The notes: generated by a model from the letters alone, not told the origin. A stretch of 64,000 nt of DNA from an uncultured Nitrososphaeraceae archaeon (GCA_963729045.1 CAVSMN010000021.1:96001-160000), one strand, 5' to 3'. Positions 32,911 to 44,478 are shown, numbered from the stretch's first letter. Translations and numbers: made by a program.

Positions 32911-33225
32911 TTATGAAAACAACTGTTTAAGTGATTCATATCTTTTGATATATTCAATTCCTTTTGGAGATATAACATAGTGAGGAACATCTGTGTATTT
33001 ACTATTCAATAAGAGATTCTTATTAGTAACGGGTTTAATGAACTGATTAGATAATAATGATGATAAAGTATGTTTATTTGTTGAGATTCTGTACTTAGTT
33101 AGAGGGATAGGCTGGTTTTCTAAATAAAGCAGAGCATCATATACACATTCATAGTGGGTCCTGTACCCGTTTACTTTTACTTTTTGGCTTCGAATTGCCA
33201 CTGCCATGCCTGATTCAAACATCAT
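32911..33225 (-). CDS. Winged-helix-like hypothetical protein
   Basis: LTKYRIST...LLSNQFI...YVISPKGIEYIKRY matches the archaeal wHTH C-terminal pattern. Confidence 0.7.
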   Translation of the reverse strand: MMFESGMAVAIRSQKVKVNGYRTHYECVYDALLYLENQPIPLTKYRISTNKHTLSSLLSNQFIKPVTNKNLLLNSKYTDVPHYVISPKGIEYIKRYESLKQLFS

Positions 33226-33485
33226 AAAATAAATACAAATCTTAATACAACCATCGATTAAAAATACCCTATTTTTATTGCAGTTAGATGTAGTAGTAAA
33301 ATCATTGATAATATAGTCAAGAAAGCTAAAAAGTAATTTTGTCAGCGCAAATTAAGGCTTTCCAAATAAAATCTACCATACTTTCATCTTCAGTGTTCTA
33401 TATAAATAGTAATTTTAAAAAATATGATTATTCTAAGTAGATCTTCCCAAAGTTGACTTTATCAAATACCACCGAAATAATGGCT

Positions 33486-34082
33486 TCATAATATTAATAC
33501 TGCCGCACTAACTACCGTTGTCCATAGACCATCCTTGTTTCCTGCAGCTGACTGGGTGAAATTTTGTGTTTTGTAAATCTTTCCTGAAAGTTTCCATTGT
33601 TCTTCGTTTTGATCCCATGAAAGTGTTGGATCAGTGGGTAATCCGATTGTTGTGGCAAGCATTTCCATGGCCAAATCCTCTGCATAATCTCCGGCCTTCG
33701 AAGCTGTTTCTCCAGTTGAGTGGTGTTCTGACAAATACCCATATTGAGCATCATCTGCTGGCCTAGCTAATCCAATGGATGCGGCAATTAGTCTGTTTGG
33801 CTCATTAGTAGCTGATCTCGCCATTACCGTAAAAACAATTTGTCCTGGTTTCAGATATCTTCTGCCTTCTCCTCTATTTACTATCTTGCACTGTGGTGGT
33901 TTGATACTAGATACCGATACCAAATTCAGATCGCTTATCGAAGCATCACGTAAGGCAAGTTCAAAGCTAGTGAGATAATCTTTGTGGGTGCCTCTACCTT
34001 TAGTAAAAAACATAATTTTCGGAATATATGCCATAGGGTCTGACAATGGTATTTTTTTGCAAAGTTCATTCTCTCCAACCAT
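33486..34082 (-). CDS. pdaD: Pyruvoyl-dependent arginine decarboxylase
   Basis: SFELALRDA, NLVSVSSI self-cleavage site, YGYLSEHH, WTTVVSAAV; the start is probably MAYIPK. Confidence 0.92.
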   Translation of the reverse strand: MVGENELCKKIPLSDPMAYIPKIMFFTKGRGTHKDYLTSFELALRDASISDLNLVSVSSIKPPQCKIVNRGEGRRYLKPGQIVFTVMARSATNEPNRLIAASIGLARPADDAQYGYLSEHHSTGETASKAGDYAEDLAMEMLATTIGLPTDPTLSWDQNEEQWKLSGKIYKTQNFTQSAAGNKDGLWTTVVSAAVLIL

Positions 34083-34650
34083 CTCTAGACAAGTTGTGTA
34101 AAGGATAGGATAAAAACATGATTTTTGAATTGATCGATTGATTAACCGTCTCTAAGATGTATAGATTTTTTTGCCTTATAGATACATCGACTTACCTATA
34201 CACATGTAATAAAGATCCAAGAAATTGTTATTTGACAATGTAAATCGGGTTTTAGACTTTAGAATGGACTCTAATTAATGATAAAGTTAAGAATCCAGGT
34301 GGTTGATATTTTTTTGCATTATCATCTTTGAACTTGGTATTATATATGCACAGAATTTTTATGGTAATCTTATCAATGAATCCATGTATATAACTAGGAA
34401 AGTGTGATCCATTCTATTTTCTCAATTATCATTACTTTTACCGATCACGTTATTCATTGAAAATTCTGAATTGATCACCTTATACAATGGAGTCATATTG
34501 AGGATTTGTTATTGATGATTTACCAGCCTAATATCGGTACATCTCAATATCGCAGTGAATGGTGATTTTTCTCAATTTACATCAAACAGAGTTATGTATC
34601 AACGCTTTCCACTAATAAGATTAAAATATATAATAGTGAACTTTGATTTA

Positions 34651-35523
34651 GTGGCAAAAGTCATAGCATTCCATTCGTACAAAGGCGGAACAGGTAAAAC
34701 CACTTTAGCAGTAAACCTTTCTGCAAACCTGGCGTCAAAGGGATACCATGTTTTACTTGTTGATATGGATGTCTATGCTCCAAGCTTATATGTTTATTTC
34801 AATATTCAACCCAAGAAATGGATTAATGATTACTTGAATGATAAAATTACCTTTTGTGATTCCATTTATGATTTCTCTCATGTATTGAAAGAATTTAATT
34901 CAAACACGCAGATTAACGATATAAAAGGCTCCTTTCATGCTGTTTTTTCTAATCCATCAAAGAAAGAAATAACCGATTTAGATTCCGTTATGAGGAAGGA
35001 TTCATCAAAGTCTCACATGTTAAAAAAAATGTTATTTTTAAAAGAAACAGGTATTACAGTTACAGACTATGATTATATCATTCTGGATACAAGTCCGGGT
35101 ATTCGATATTGGTCAATTAATTCCTTGGCCATTTCGGATACTATCTTTTTGTCACTAAAGATGGATAATATAGACGTGGAAGGTACTAAACATATGGCTA
35201 TGGATGTGTATGGTTCTTTTACAAGTTATGGAACTAGATCTTATTTGTTGTTGAATAGAGTTGCAGGCTATTGCGAGCCTCCAGTAACCCTTGATACAGG
35301 TAACTCTAAGTATGGTGAAAATATTTCTTCTTTTAGGTCTTTGCTATTAGAACAAAATGAAACAATTAATAATTTGGAAAAGTTAATAAAAATGGATGTA
35401 GTTTCGATGATCCCTTGTTATTGTGATATGCAATTTGAAAGACAGGAATATTTAACTGTCTTAAAAAATCCAAATCACCCTTTTTCAAAGAAAGTCGATG
35501 AATTATCAAAGAAAATCGAATAG
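34651..35523 (+). CDS. MinD/ParA family ATPase
   Basis: SYKGGTGKTT deviant Walker A, LVDMD, ILDTSPG; GTG start chosen at VAKVIAF (the track starts at 34555). Confidence 0.9.
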   Translation: MAKVIAFHSYKGGTGKTTLAVNLSANLASKGYHVLLVDMDVYAPSLYVYFNIQPKKWINDYLNDKITFCDSIYDFSHVLKEFNSNTQINDIKGSFHAVFSNPSKKEITDLDSVMRKDSSKSHMLKKMLFLKETGITVTDYDYIILDTSPGIRYWSINSLAISDTIFLSLKMDNIDVEGTKHMAMDVYGSFTSYGTRSYLLLNRVAGYCEPPVTLDTGNSKYGENISSFRSLLLEQNETINNLEKLIKMDVVSMIPCYCDMQFERQEYLTVLKNPNHPFSKKVDELSKKIE

Positions 35524-35624
35524 TTCTCATATCAAATCCGAGCTGTTGAGGATCGCTTAGTCTCAAAGCTCATAGGCCTCCTCAAAGGAAAAAAAGAAAT
35601 ATCTACCTAACATAGTAATGTTAG

Positions 35625-37049
35625 ATGAAACATTTCCCTGGTAATGACATAATAGGTAGAAACCTACAGCGACCTGATCTTGGAGTGTATCTAATTTCTG
35701 GGCCAAAGTTATCGGGAAAATTACACTATTGCAATAATTTTATATTAAATGGCCTGACAGACGGGGTTTTTTGTATTTGTATCAGCTCTTCATTCATAGA
35801 AAAAAAATATAAAAGCATTTTTTTTCCGGGGTTGGAGAGCTTGTGTCTTAATTTGACAGTGTTAAATCCATATACATTAAAGGGATATGATGGAGCCAGT
35901 TTTGAAAATAGTCAAGCGCTCACACATCTTTTTGAAGAGGTTAGACAAATAATTGAAACCCAACTAAATCGACCTGTTTACTTTGTGTTAAGTTCATTGA
36001 CTAACTTTCTAGAAAATTTTAACGATCAAGATGTAACCAAATTTGTAACTAGTTTGGTCTTTCTGCTCAAAAACCATGAGGTAAATTCAATATTTTCTAT
36101 TGATAGCACAGACCCCAATTCATCCATATTTATTAACAAAATAGCACATCTTTTTGACGGACTATTTGAAACTAAGTTACCTTCAGATTCTTCTCAGTCG
36201 CAAAAGTACATAAAACTAGTATCTATGTTTGGGAATACTAAATGTAAATCAGATTGGATAAATTATACACTGGACGATAACAATATCATAACATCTATTA
36301 GTAATCAAACTAGACTAATTTGCAATTTATGTAAGGAACAGATTGATGAATCTCCAGTATTCTATCAAGAACTTTCTTTTCATCAGGAACATTTAGCCAT
36401 TTACATGAAATTAGTTAATTTTTACGGAAATTCTAAAATTGCAGAATTTGGATCATCTGGAATTTTATATACAAATTTCTTCTTTATTGATATAGTTGGA
36501 TTGTCAGATCCTTCTCTGTCGGTCAAAAATCAGATAGAAAAGATCCAGATACTAAATAATTTGATCAATTCGTGTAATTCTTATAAAAAGGACCGAGAGA
36601 AGAAAATTCTTCCTACTGGAGATGGTATGGCGATCGGTTTCTTAACCGATCCTAAACTACCTGTAGAATTAAGTCTGGAACTTCACAAAAAACTAGGAAT
36701 ACATAATTCAAATTCATCAAATCAATCTATAATACAAGTGCGAATTGGAATTGGTTCGGGACATGTTTTTATAGTCAATGATTTGAATGATAATCAAAAT
36801 TTATGGGGTCCAGGTATAATACTTGCTAGGAGAGTTATGGATTTAGGCGATCAAGGTCACATATTGATCGAAGGAAGTTTTGCAAATAACTTATTTAGTA
36901 TTGACAGTGAATTAAAGAAAGACATACATTATCTCGGGAATTACAGTATAAAACACAACCAAAAAATTGATGTTTATTCCCTATATAATCAGTACGCCGG
37001 CAATGCAGAAATTCCACAAAAATTTTTAGATTTACCTAAATCCATTTGA
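35625..37049 (+). CDS. Degenerate KaiC/RecA-fold domain + CxxC/HxxH linker + class III nucleotidyl cyclase domain
   Basis: N-terminal YLISGPKLSGK, FVLSSLT, HLFDGLFE; CNLC...HQEH; C-terminal FFIDIVG, PTGDGM, RIGIGSG, LWGPGIILARR, ILI, IKH. Confidence 0.82.
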   Translation: MKHFPGNDIIGRNLQRPDLGVYLISGPKLSGKLHYCNNFILNGLTDGVFCICISSSFIEKKYKSIFFPGLESLCLNLTVLNPYTLKGYDGASFENSQALTHLFEEVRQIIETQLNRPVYFVLSSLTNFLENFNDQDVTKFVTSLVFLLKNHEVNSIFSIDSTDPNSSIFINKIAHLFDGLFETKLPSDSSQSQKYIKLVSMFGNTKCKSDWINYTLDDNNIITSISNQTRLICNLCKEQIDESPVFYQELSFHQEHLAIYMKLVNFYGNSKIAEFGSSGILYTNFFFIDIVGLSDPSLSVKNQIEKIQILNNLINSCNSYKKDREKKILPTGDGMAIGFLTDPKLPVELSLELHKKLGIHNSNSSNQSIIQVRIGIGSGHVFIVNDLNDNQNLWGPGIILARRVMDLGDQGHILIEGSFANNLFSIDSELKKDIHYLGNYSIKHNQKIDVYSLYNQYAGNAEIPQKFLDLPKSI

Positions 37050-37372
37050 TACATTCTATATTATCACCCCTAAATCTTCAAATTCTTAATTGTTAAATAA
37101 CCAATAGCATCCTTATGGAATCCATTTCCTATTGCTGGCTACATTTTATGCTAACCAAATTTAGTAATACTGTTTCTTTTTAAAGGCTTGTCTTTAAACA
37201 ATTACAATTATTGGCGATAATCCAATTTTTATTGCTCGTATTAGTACCCTCATATCCTCTTTACCTAAGAATAATGGTCTTCCTTTTTTGTGAGGGACCT
37301 CTTAACAGATATTAATTGCATATCAGTCATTCTTGAGAATGTTTTTATATCTTTACCATACCAAAAACCTGT

Positions 37373-37636
37373 ATGGCTATTTTTCTTGATGTTCATAAAG
37401 TGCCATTTAAAGAAGAAAATCTCCAAGAGCTGGTTAAGGCTCCCATAGACGAATATGGGGTCACACACGTCAACTTATTCTACAATATGGAAGCTGGTGT
37501 ATGTTTTTGTTTATTAAGTGCTCCCGATAAAGAAGCCGTAATTAAGCATCACGATAAGGTTAACATAGAATGTGAATGGATTACAGAAGTTAGTATGGCA
37601 ACAGGTAATGAATCCCTAAAATTTACCACCAAGTGA
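37373..37636 (+). CDS. DUF4242 (SCO4226-like, putative nickel-binding) protein
   Basis: MAIFLDVH...YGV...FCLLSAPDKEAVIKHH...CEWITEV. Confidence 0.8.
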   Translation: MAIFLDVHKVPFKEENLQELVKAPIDEYGVTHVNLFYNMEAGVCFCLLSAPDKEAVIKHHDKVNIECEWITEVSMATGNESLKFTTK

Positions 37637-37795
37637 ACTTGTTTATATGCATAAGATTAACTTGGGGTAAAAATCGGGTGTTAGAATAATGGAAATTGAC
37701 ATAAAAACAAAACAAAGAACCTTATCAATTATTTAAAATTTGTTACCTTCGGGTTCCATTAGAAGGTAAATTTGAAAAGATAATCTTATATTCGT

Positions 37796-38933
37796 ATGTG
37801 GGTTAATAACCTTAAGTTATTAAAAATGCCCACAGGTTCTGGCATAAAGGAAGTCAATGTAAAATATACCCTTGATGAATCCATTAATCTTATACTTAAA
37901 ATATTTTCTAATACCGAGCAGCATTTGGAAATAATTATAGATCATGATTGGTTATGCCATTTAGTGGAGTATTCATCAATTCTTACATTCTTCAGGAAAT
38001 TGAAATTGCGCAATATCGACATCAAGATCGTAGTCGAAATTGACAAGAAGAGCGCAAATTATTCTAAGCGTCTAATGAAATTTTCTGATATAAGACATTC
38101 AGATAATCTAGAGGGGTGCAGCTTTAGAAACGAGCACTCATATTGTTTCTGCCACTTCTCTGAAAATGGATTAAGCGATCTGGAACAAGAAATCGAGCCA
38201 CTGGAGAAATTGACTCAATTCTTTTACGTGGATAACAGGAATTTTGTCAAACAACAAGATTCTTTATTTAAGCATCTATGGGGTGATTCCGTTCCAGCAA
38301 GGGAAAAAATAACAGAAATTGAAAAAAGCGTAATGGAGGTCATACTAAACCATGAACCCCAGTCAGAAATAGATGTCAATTCAAGTGAAATACTTTTTCG
38401 GATTGTGGAATCTTGTGTAGATCAAATACTAATCTTAATTCCCTCAACTAATCTCTTTTGGGATTTTTACAATAGCAATCTGTTTGTCTCAATCTCAAAG
38501 ATGTTAGTCAAAGACGTGACGGTAAAGATCCTAATTCACTTGGAAGAAGGACAAACGGCCGTAAAGGATGAAATACGATATAAACTCAAGGAACTATCTC
38601 AGGATTTGGACATTAATACTAATTTTTTCTCCAAAAAAATTCCTCAATTACATCTATCAATAATTGTGGACAATGTTGTTTTGGTAGAAATTGATTACGG
38701 GAACGAAGGATCTGTTCTTTCAACAAAAGAACTTGACCCAATGAGTGTCCTTTTCCATTAGTGATACTCGGGTATCGTCCTCAACTTCAGTATTTGACAT
38801 TTTGTGGATACAGTCTGATTTTGAAAGACAAAAAAAGATTAAACAAACCTATTTTGATATTTTTAAAGGATTTAATATGAAAAGCGAGAATTATAGTAGA
38901 GATTGGAATTTTGAAAAAAAAAGTAACAAATAA
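37796..38933 (+). CDS. Stand-alone sensor-like protein with duplicated TrmB/PLD-like domains and no kinase core; frameshift near 38745
   Basis: IRHSD...FKHLWGDSVPAREKITEIE and SVFDILWIQSD resemble my recollection of the N-terminal region of Nitrososphaerales histidine kinases; no HisKA or HATPase motifs follow. Confidence 0.6.
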
Positions 38934-39236
38934 TCTAACTTCTATGCCCTATAATATTCTTTTAAATAACATCCTTCGTTCGTTTTTTTCATATTGATTG
39001 AAACATTGATTAGATTTCTAGAATCTAACTATTTTGCCTACTATTAGGATGTTTCTACTAATGGGCTCATACCAGTGCTTCTATTCTCAAAGAATTCAGA
39101 CGTTTTCTATCATGTCTACAAATCAATAGTATAACAAGATATGCATGCAGGTAAATTTATCAATATTTTTTGATAATTTATTTCGTTTATTTAATGATCA
39201 ATGAAATTTAAATTAATGAAATAAACAAGGGGAGAG

Positions 39237-40220
39237 TTAAACGAAATTAAACTGTATTTTTATTCCATCATGATCGTAAACATAAAATGAAGAATTTTGG
39301 TGGAAATCTGAATCAAGTATCTTTTCATCCATCGATATGCCATTATTAATGAGGTGGTTTTTGAATGAGTCTTTCTCTTTTTTGTTATTAGGTATCTGGA
39401 TTGCAAAATGGTCTAGTCCTACTTTACTCAAGTCATTTGCACTATTAGGTAGGATGTTTGTCCCAATCCAAGTATTTGTGGCAATGTGATGATGATATCT
39501 ATCTGCGGCAAAAAAATGGGCTCCTGGATACGAAGCAGTATGGTAAAGTCCAATCATATCTTGATAGAATTTCTTGGCTTTAGTAAGGTTTGATACGTGT
39601 AAATGAACGTGACCTATCGATGTTTTCTTAGGAAGACCATTCCATGCTCCATAACTTTCATGATTTAATAAATCCTTGACATCGAGTGATTCTGTTACCA
39701 TGTGTATTTTGTTCGCATCAGTCCATATCCATTCAGATGGTAGCCTATCATGGTAAACCTCGATCCCGTTATTATCGGGGTCGTGGAGATATAAAGACTC
39801 AGAGACGGCGTGGTCGGCCAAACCTTCATAGTATCGTGGATCGAGATTTTTCTTAATGTGCTGGAGAAATGATGCTAAAAATTTTCTTTCAGGCAGTAAT
39901 ATGGCAAAATGATAAAGCCCTGCCTCTCTTTTTGTTAGGCTGGGATTACTCGAAACACTACTATTGACACTATCTATCTGACTCAAGACTAGCAATGATG
40001 AATTCTCATCCTGTCCAGGCTCACGAGAACCAAGACATACTATATTTTCTTTTGGTTTGTTTTCTAATATCTTAAATCCTAAAATGGATTGGTAAAAATC
40101 TATGGAATTCTGTAAATTAGAGACTTTTAGGTGAACATGATCAATCTTTAAAGATGGGCTGGCGATAAATCTATTTTCTTCATCATTATTACTATATTTA
40201 CTATTATCACTATCATTCAT
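39237..40220 (-). CDS. VOC family catechol 2,3-dioxygenase-like protein (CatE type)
   Basis: GLYHFAILLP, ADHAVSESLYLHDPDNNGIEVY, IGHVHLHV, YHHHIATNTW. Confidence 0.9.
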   Translation of the reverse strand: MNDSDNSKYSNNDEENRFIASPSLKIDHVHLKVSNLQNSIDFYQSILGFKILENKPKENIVCLGSREPGQDENSSLLVLSQIDSVNSSVSSNPSLTKREAGLYHFAILLPERKFLASFLQHIKKNLDPRYYEGLADHAVSESLYLHDPDNNGIEVYHDRLPSEWIWTDANKIHMVTESLDVKDLLNHESYGAWNGLPKKTSIGHVHLHVSNLTKAKKFYQDMIGLYHTASYPGAHFFAADRYHHHIATNTWIGTNILPNSANDLSKVGLDHFAIQIPNNKKEKDSFKNHLINNGISMDEKILDSDFHQNSSFYVYDHDGIKIQFNFV

Positions 40221-40881
40221 ATATATATTTTAATTCTGATCTATTTAATACCAAATGCCATTTCAAAAGATCAAAATAAAAAACTAATTAGATAAAATAT
40301 GGGAAATTTGTTTTGAGGTAGTAAATTTCTCTTTCTGCATTCTTTATTTATTGAAATCAATTTAGAACCGGGGTTATGTATTGACGTGACATACATGACA
40401 GTATCATAATAAATCTCAAGTTTTTTTTTCATAGTTCATCTACCATCAACGGCTTACAATCTATTGAAAACTCTGTAACTTTAAATTATGACAATAAGGT
40501 ACTGGAATGAGAAATGGAGCAATCGTAAAGATAGCATTGATATAACTCCAAATTCAACTTCTGAATCATTTGATATTAAAATGAGTTAATTTCCTCACAA
40601 TATTTTGATGGATGTACAATATCAGTATAGTGGGCAACCCTATAATTGAACAATGGTAACTAACTTACAACTCACTCGTTTTTTAAATTTCTCTTTTAAT
40701 CCTTTCTAACGGAACATGGGATTTTATCATAGTATAGCTGTTAGCAATAAGAAGTAGTTTTATTTGACTCTAAATGATCTTGCCCATTATATTGAAACTT
40801 GTGATTATACTAGTTGGTAATTCAGATAAAAAAAAGTAGTTTTGTTTACTGCATGAGAATAAGTAAAAAATTACTTCGTTC

Positions 40882-41430
40882 TTACTTTGTACTCATTAAT
40901 TGTCCTCTTATTTCACCATCTGGATATTGAACTGTGTGAATGTTAACATAAGTACTATTACCCTTAATTGCAGTCATTAAGTCAGAAATTGTTTTTCCTT
41001 GTAACGGTCCTTCCAAATTAATTCCTGTTAGAGTACCATTTATAGTAAGCCCATTTTGATTTGGATTCTGTGTGGGATCGAATGTGAATAGAGTCACTGC
41101 GATTGGTCCGTTTTCTCCTAGAATTCCACTGTGGATATGAGCCGCGGTTACATTCTGGATGCCAGAAGCATTAACGTTAAAGTCTAGTGTATCATTGTTT
41201 GGGAGAATGGGGGTAAATCTTGCCTCTCCTGTTGCTTGAGTATCCACTGCTGGAACTTCCTCTTGACCAGTAAGGTTAGCAACAAAATCGTGGTTTGCAA
41301 ATGCTGTTGATGTACTTGAAACTGCTGATACCGCAAAGACACTTCCTAGTGCTAGGGCGATGCTTACAAATAACATTCTGTTATTTTTGATTGTCATCCA
41401 CTTAATGTCAATAATGTGATATATAACCAC
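40882..41430 (-). CDS. Secreted CHRD-domain protein
   Basis: Signal peptide; LTGQEEVP, AAHIH...NGP, YVNIHT...GEIRGQ; the start is probably MTIKNN. Confidence 0.9.
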   Translation of the reverse strand: MVIYHIIDIKWMTIKNNRMLFVSIALALGSVFAVSAVSSTSTAFANHDFVANLTGQEEVPAVDTQATGEARFTPILPNNDTLDFNVNASGIQNVTAAHIHSGILGENGPIAVTLFTFDPTQNPNQNGLTINGTLTGINLEGPLQGKTISDLMTAIKGNSTYVNIHTVQYPDGEIRGQLMSTK

Positions 41431-41857
41431 TTTGTTAAGCTTCTCAGTCTTCTAGAAATCTATCACAGCCCAAATAATCACTAAAAATATTTTAGTTAGT
41501 TTGAGCAATATTTATCAAATAACCATATTTGGATAATTCTAAATCCTATCTACATGACTTTGCATATTTTTCAAAGGGTGGATGGTCAAGTCTTGTAATT
41601 CTATATTTTTGTCGATTTATGATTTTACTTCCAAAGAAGAGTTTCATTTCAAAACCATTACGTCATGTTGCAATACCAAAATGGCCGCAGATTACAAAGG
41701 TGGTAATAATTATCCTATTGTAAATTGATATTTGTTGACCATAGATGTCGGTAAACCCATATATATAACGACCTAAGCCCTGATGAGGGTTCCAATGATG
41801 GAAACTCTATGAAAACAGTATAGTAGTCAATCCCATAGTAGGATGACGCTATAATTT

Positions 41858-43026
41858 TTAGACCTTATCACTCGAACTATTGATAACCGGCCATTTTTCC
41901 TTACGTAATGAACCCATCACGGTGTGATTCAGATTGAGATGAGCTTGTACAAGTTCTTTGGGCGTCAAAGCCATCCACTGATTTAGCGAAATATCTTGAA
42001 AGCGAGAACTTTTAAACATCTCCAGGAAACGCAATGGTTTATCACCAATATTTTCGATATAGTGACCCATCGCAAATGGGACATACCCGACATCGCCAGC
42101 CTGGTAGTCAAAAGTCCGTGCTTTACCTTCTGATGCAAATACTCCCATTCGGGCAGAACCTTCAATATAATATTGCCATTCATCAGTATTTGGATGCCAA
42201 TGCATCTCTCGCATCCCTCCTGGCTTGACCTCCACAAGTCCTGCCGCTATGTTGGTTGCTTCTGGGAAATTGGACGAATCGACCAGACGAACCGTACCAC
42301 CACTAGTCGCCAATGGATCTTGATTCAGAAAATGATAGCTAAAAGATCTTTGTCCCTGATTGCTGACAATCTTGTCAGATGCTAATGGTCCAGGTATCTC
42401 GGTAGGAAACATGTACGTACTTGTGATCAAGTTCGTGCATCGGAATATTGGCGAATTCGATCATTTGCAAGCCAAAATTCTTTCCTAGTACTTCTTTGGG
42501 GGTATGGGCAAACCAATCGGTAATGAGAAACGTTGAATCTTCAGAAAAGTTGCCATCATCAAAAACGAGGAGAAACTCGCAGCCTTCTTCTAATCCTTGG
42601 ATCGAATGAGGAATACCGGGAGGAAAATACCATATATCTCCAGTACCTACATCGTCTAAGAAGTTACAACCATCTTGGTCAACTGCACTTATTCGTGCCC
42701 TTCCGTTGAGCATATACGCCCACTCCGCCTCCTTATGCCAGTGCAATTCGCGTACCCCTCCGGCATTTAACCGCATGTTAACGCCAGCGAGCGTCGTAGC
42801 GATAGGTAACTCTCTTGCTGTTACTTGTCGTGTCCATCCACCTTTCTGAAGTCGATTGTGTGCCAAAGAAAATGAAAATTTCAAATTCGGTAATGTACCT
42901 GAATCAGGTACTAGGTGGTGTAAGAATATCGGGGTTCTGACGGTCTAATTCTTTATTACGTGGACCAGGATCGGTTCCACCTGTATCAGGTCCAATAGGT
43001 TCTGGTATGGATCTTTCTGAGACCAT
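41858..43026 (-). CDS. Oxalate decarboxylase family bicupin, split by frameshifts near 42905 and 42425
   Basis: [11 protein letters not shown]...DPGPRN...[23 protein letters not shown] lid, [14 protein letters not shown]. Confidence 0.9.
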
Positions 43027-43730
43027 TTTATAACACCACTTCTTGATTAGGGATAATAAAGGTGGTATTATTCATCCCACTCTTTGATGACCATGAACAA
43101 CTAAAAGTCTTCTTATCTTGGTTTACCTTGTTTGTTTTACAATACTTCCAAATATCTGCCATTTTTTGCATCATATACGTAAAGCCCAACCAAGGAATGA
43201 TTTATACTTAGTGGAATATGGAATGCATGGTATATATCAGAATAATCCCACCAAAGTCAAATTAGTAATTTAAAAATTGCAATTCAAATGGCAAAATTTT
43301 TTTGCAGTAAAGTGCTGACCTTTTTGATTCATATGCCCAAAGCCTGTCAGAATGATTTTGAAGTATACCATACCGTCTCAATATTAGTAAAGAGATAAAT
43401 TGAAAATAAGATGTTTATCCATACTGTCCTTTTGAATCTCTCCTATAAACGGGACAGCTTTATCAAATATCAACTATATTTTACGCGCCATCATTTTCGT
43501 CCAAATGGGATATTTATGGTGGTACTGTTGAATAGTTATCGGATAAGGAACCTATTTGTAAACAGGCAAGGATAAGTTTGAATTCCAATAACAAAAAATG
43601 CCGTGAATATAGAAACAAAATAGGACAAAGAGAACTGATAAAGTTAGATTGTCATTAAATTTATTCTTGTGTTTTAAACGGGTTAAATTTTACCATAAAC
43701 TAAGAAAGGACGACCTCCACAATTAATCTC

Positions 43731-44165
43731 ATGAGCGAAGTATATGCAATTTCTGCAGTAACTCTAATTATCAGAAACATGAAAAGATCTTGTAGCTTTT
43801 ACTCTAAAGTACCTGGTTTTGAATTGATTTATGGTGGGTCTATTGATGATCCGTTTACTACTTATCAGATTGGAAAGCGTAAGCAGCATATGTATTTGAA
43901 CCTCGAACTCGAAGGTTCTGCAAGTAGCACTTGTTTTAGTAAATGTCAGCCTAGATTTTTTGGTAGAATAATTTTTTACACGGCGGATGTAGACAAATTA
44001 TATTCGTATTTTGTCAATAACCCGTCTTTCTCGAATTTAATTCTGCTTGTTCACGAACCAGTGGATGCCCCTTGGGGAGAAAGGTATTTCCATATAAGGG
44101 AACCAGATGGACATGAACTTTCATTTGCTCACCCTATGAAAAAGAAACCAATCCAGCAGAATTAA
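43731..44165 (+). CDS. VOC/glyoxalase family protein
   Basis: SAVTL...FY, GRIIFYTADVD, PVDAPWGERYFHIREPDGHELSF. Confidence 0.9.
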   Translation: MSEVYAISAVTLIIRNMKRSCSFYSKVPGFELIYGGSIDDPFTTYQIGKRKQHMYLNLELEGSASSTCFSKCQPRFFGRIIFYTADVDKLYSYFVNNPSFSNLILLVHEPVDAPWGERYFHIREPDGHELSFAHPMKKKPIQQN

Positions 44166-44478
44166 TATGATTTATTGTCTCTCTTGATTTGAATTTGTGA
44201 TTATTAATAAGCGAGTTTCAGTGTCAGTTCCATTACCATTTAAAGCGATTTATTTTGTTCAGATCGTGTTATCCGCTATTGAGATGAAAGAGTATTGAAC
44301 AATGTCCTAGAGTGAGTTGATATTTTAAACGAATTTACTGCTAAATCTGGTAATCTACTCTGGCCAAAAAACATAAAAATTATTTAGTCGTACTAGAATT
44401 TCAAGAATGTAAAAAGATGAAATAATATTTTCTGCAGAGCGTTACAATTTTTATACTATGATGTAAATGTAAAGGAGT

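Noticed and set aside
41775..41850. CTGATGA...GAAAC resembling a hammerhead ribozyme or C/D box RNA
   Set aside because: The stem II closing G-C pair before GAAA is missing, I could not build stems I and III, and no downstream CTGA D box exists. Two imperfect hairpins are present and may simply relate to the 3' end of the oxalate decarboxylase transcript.
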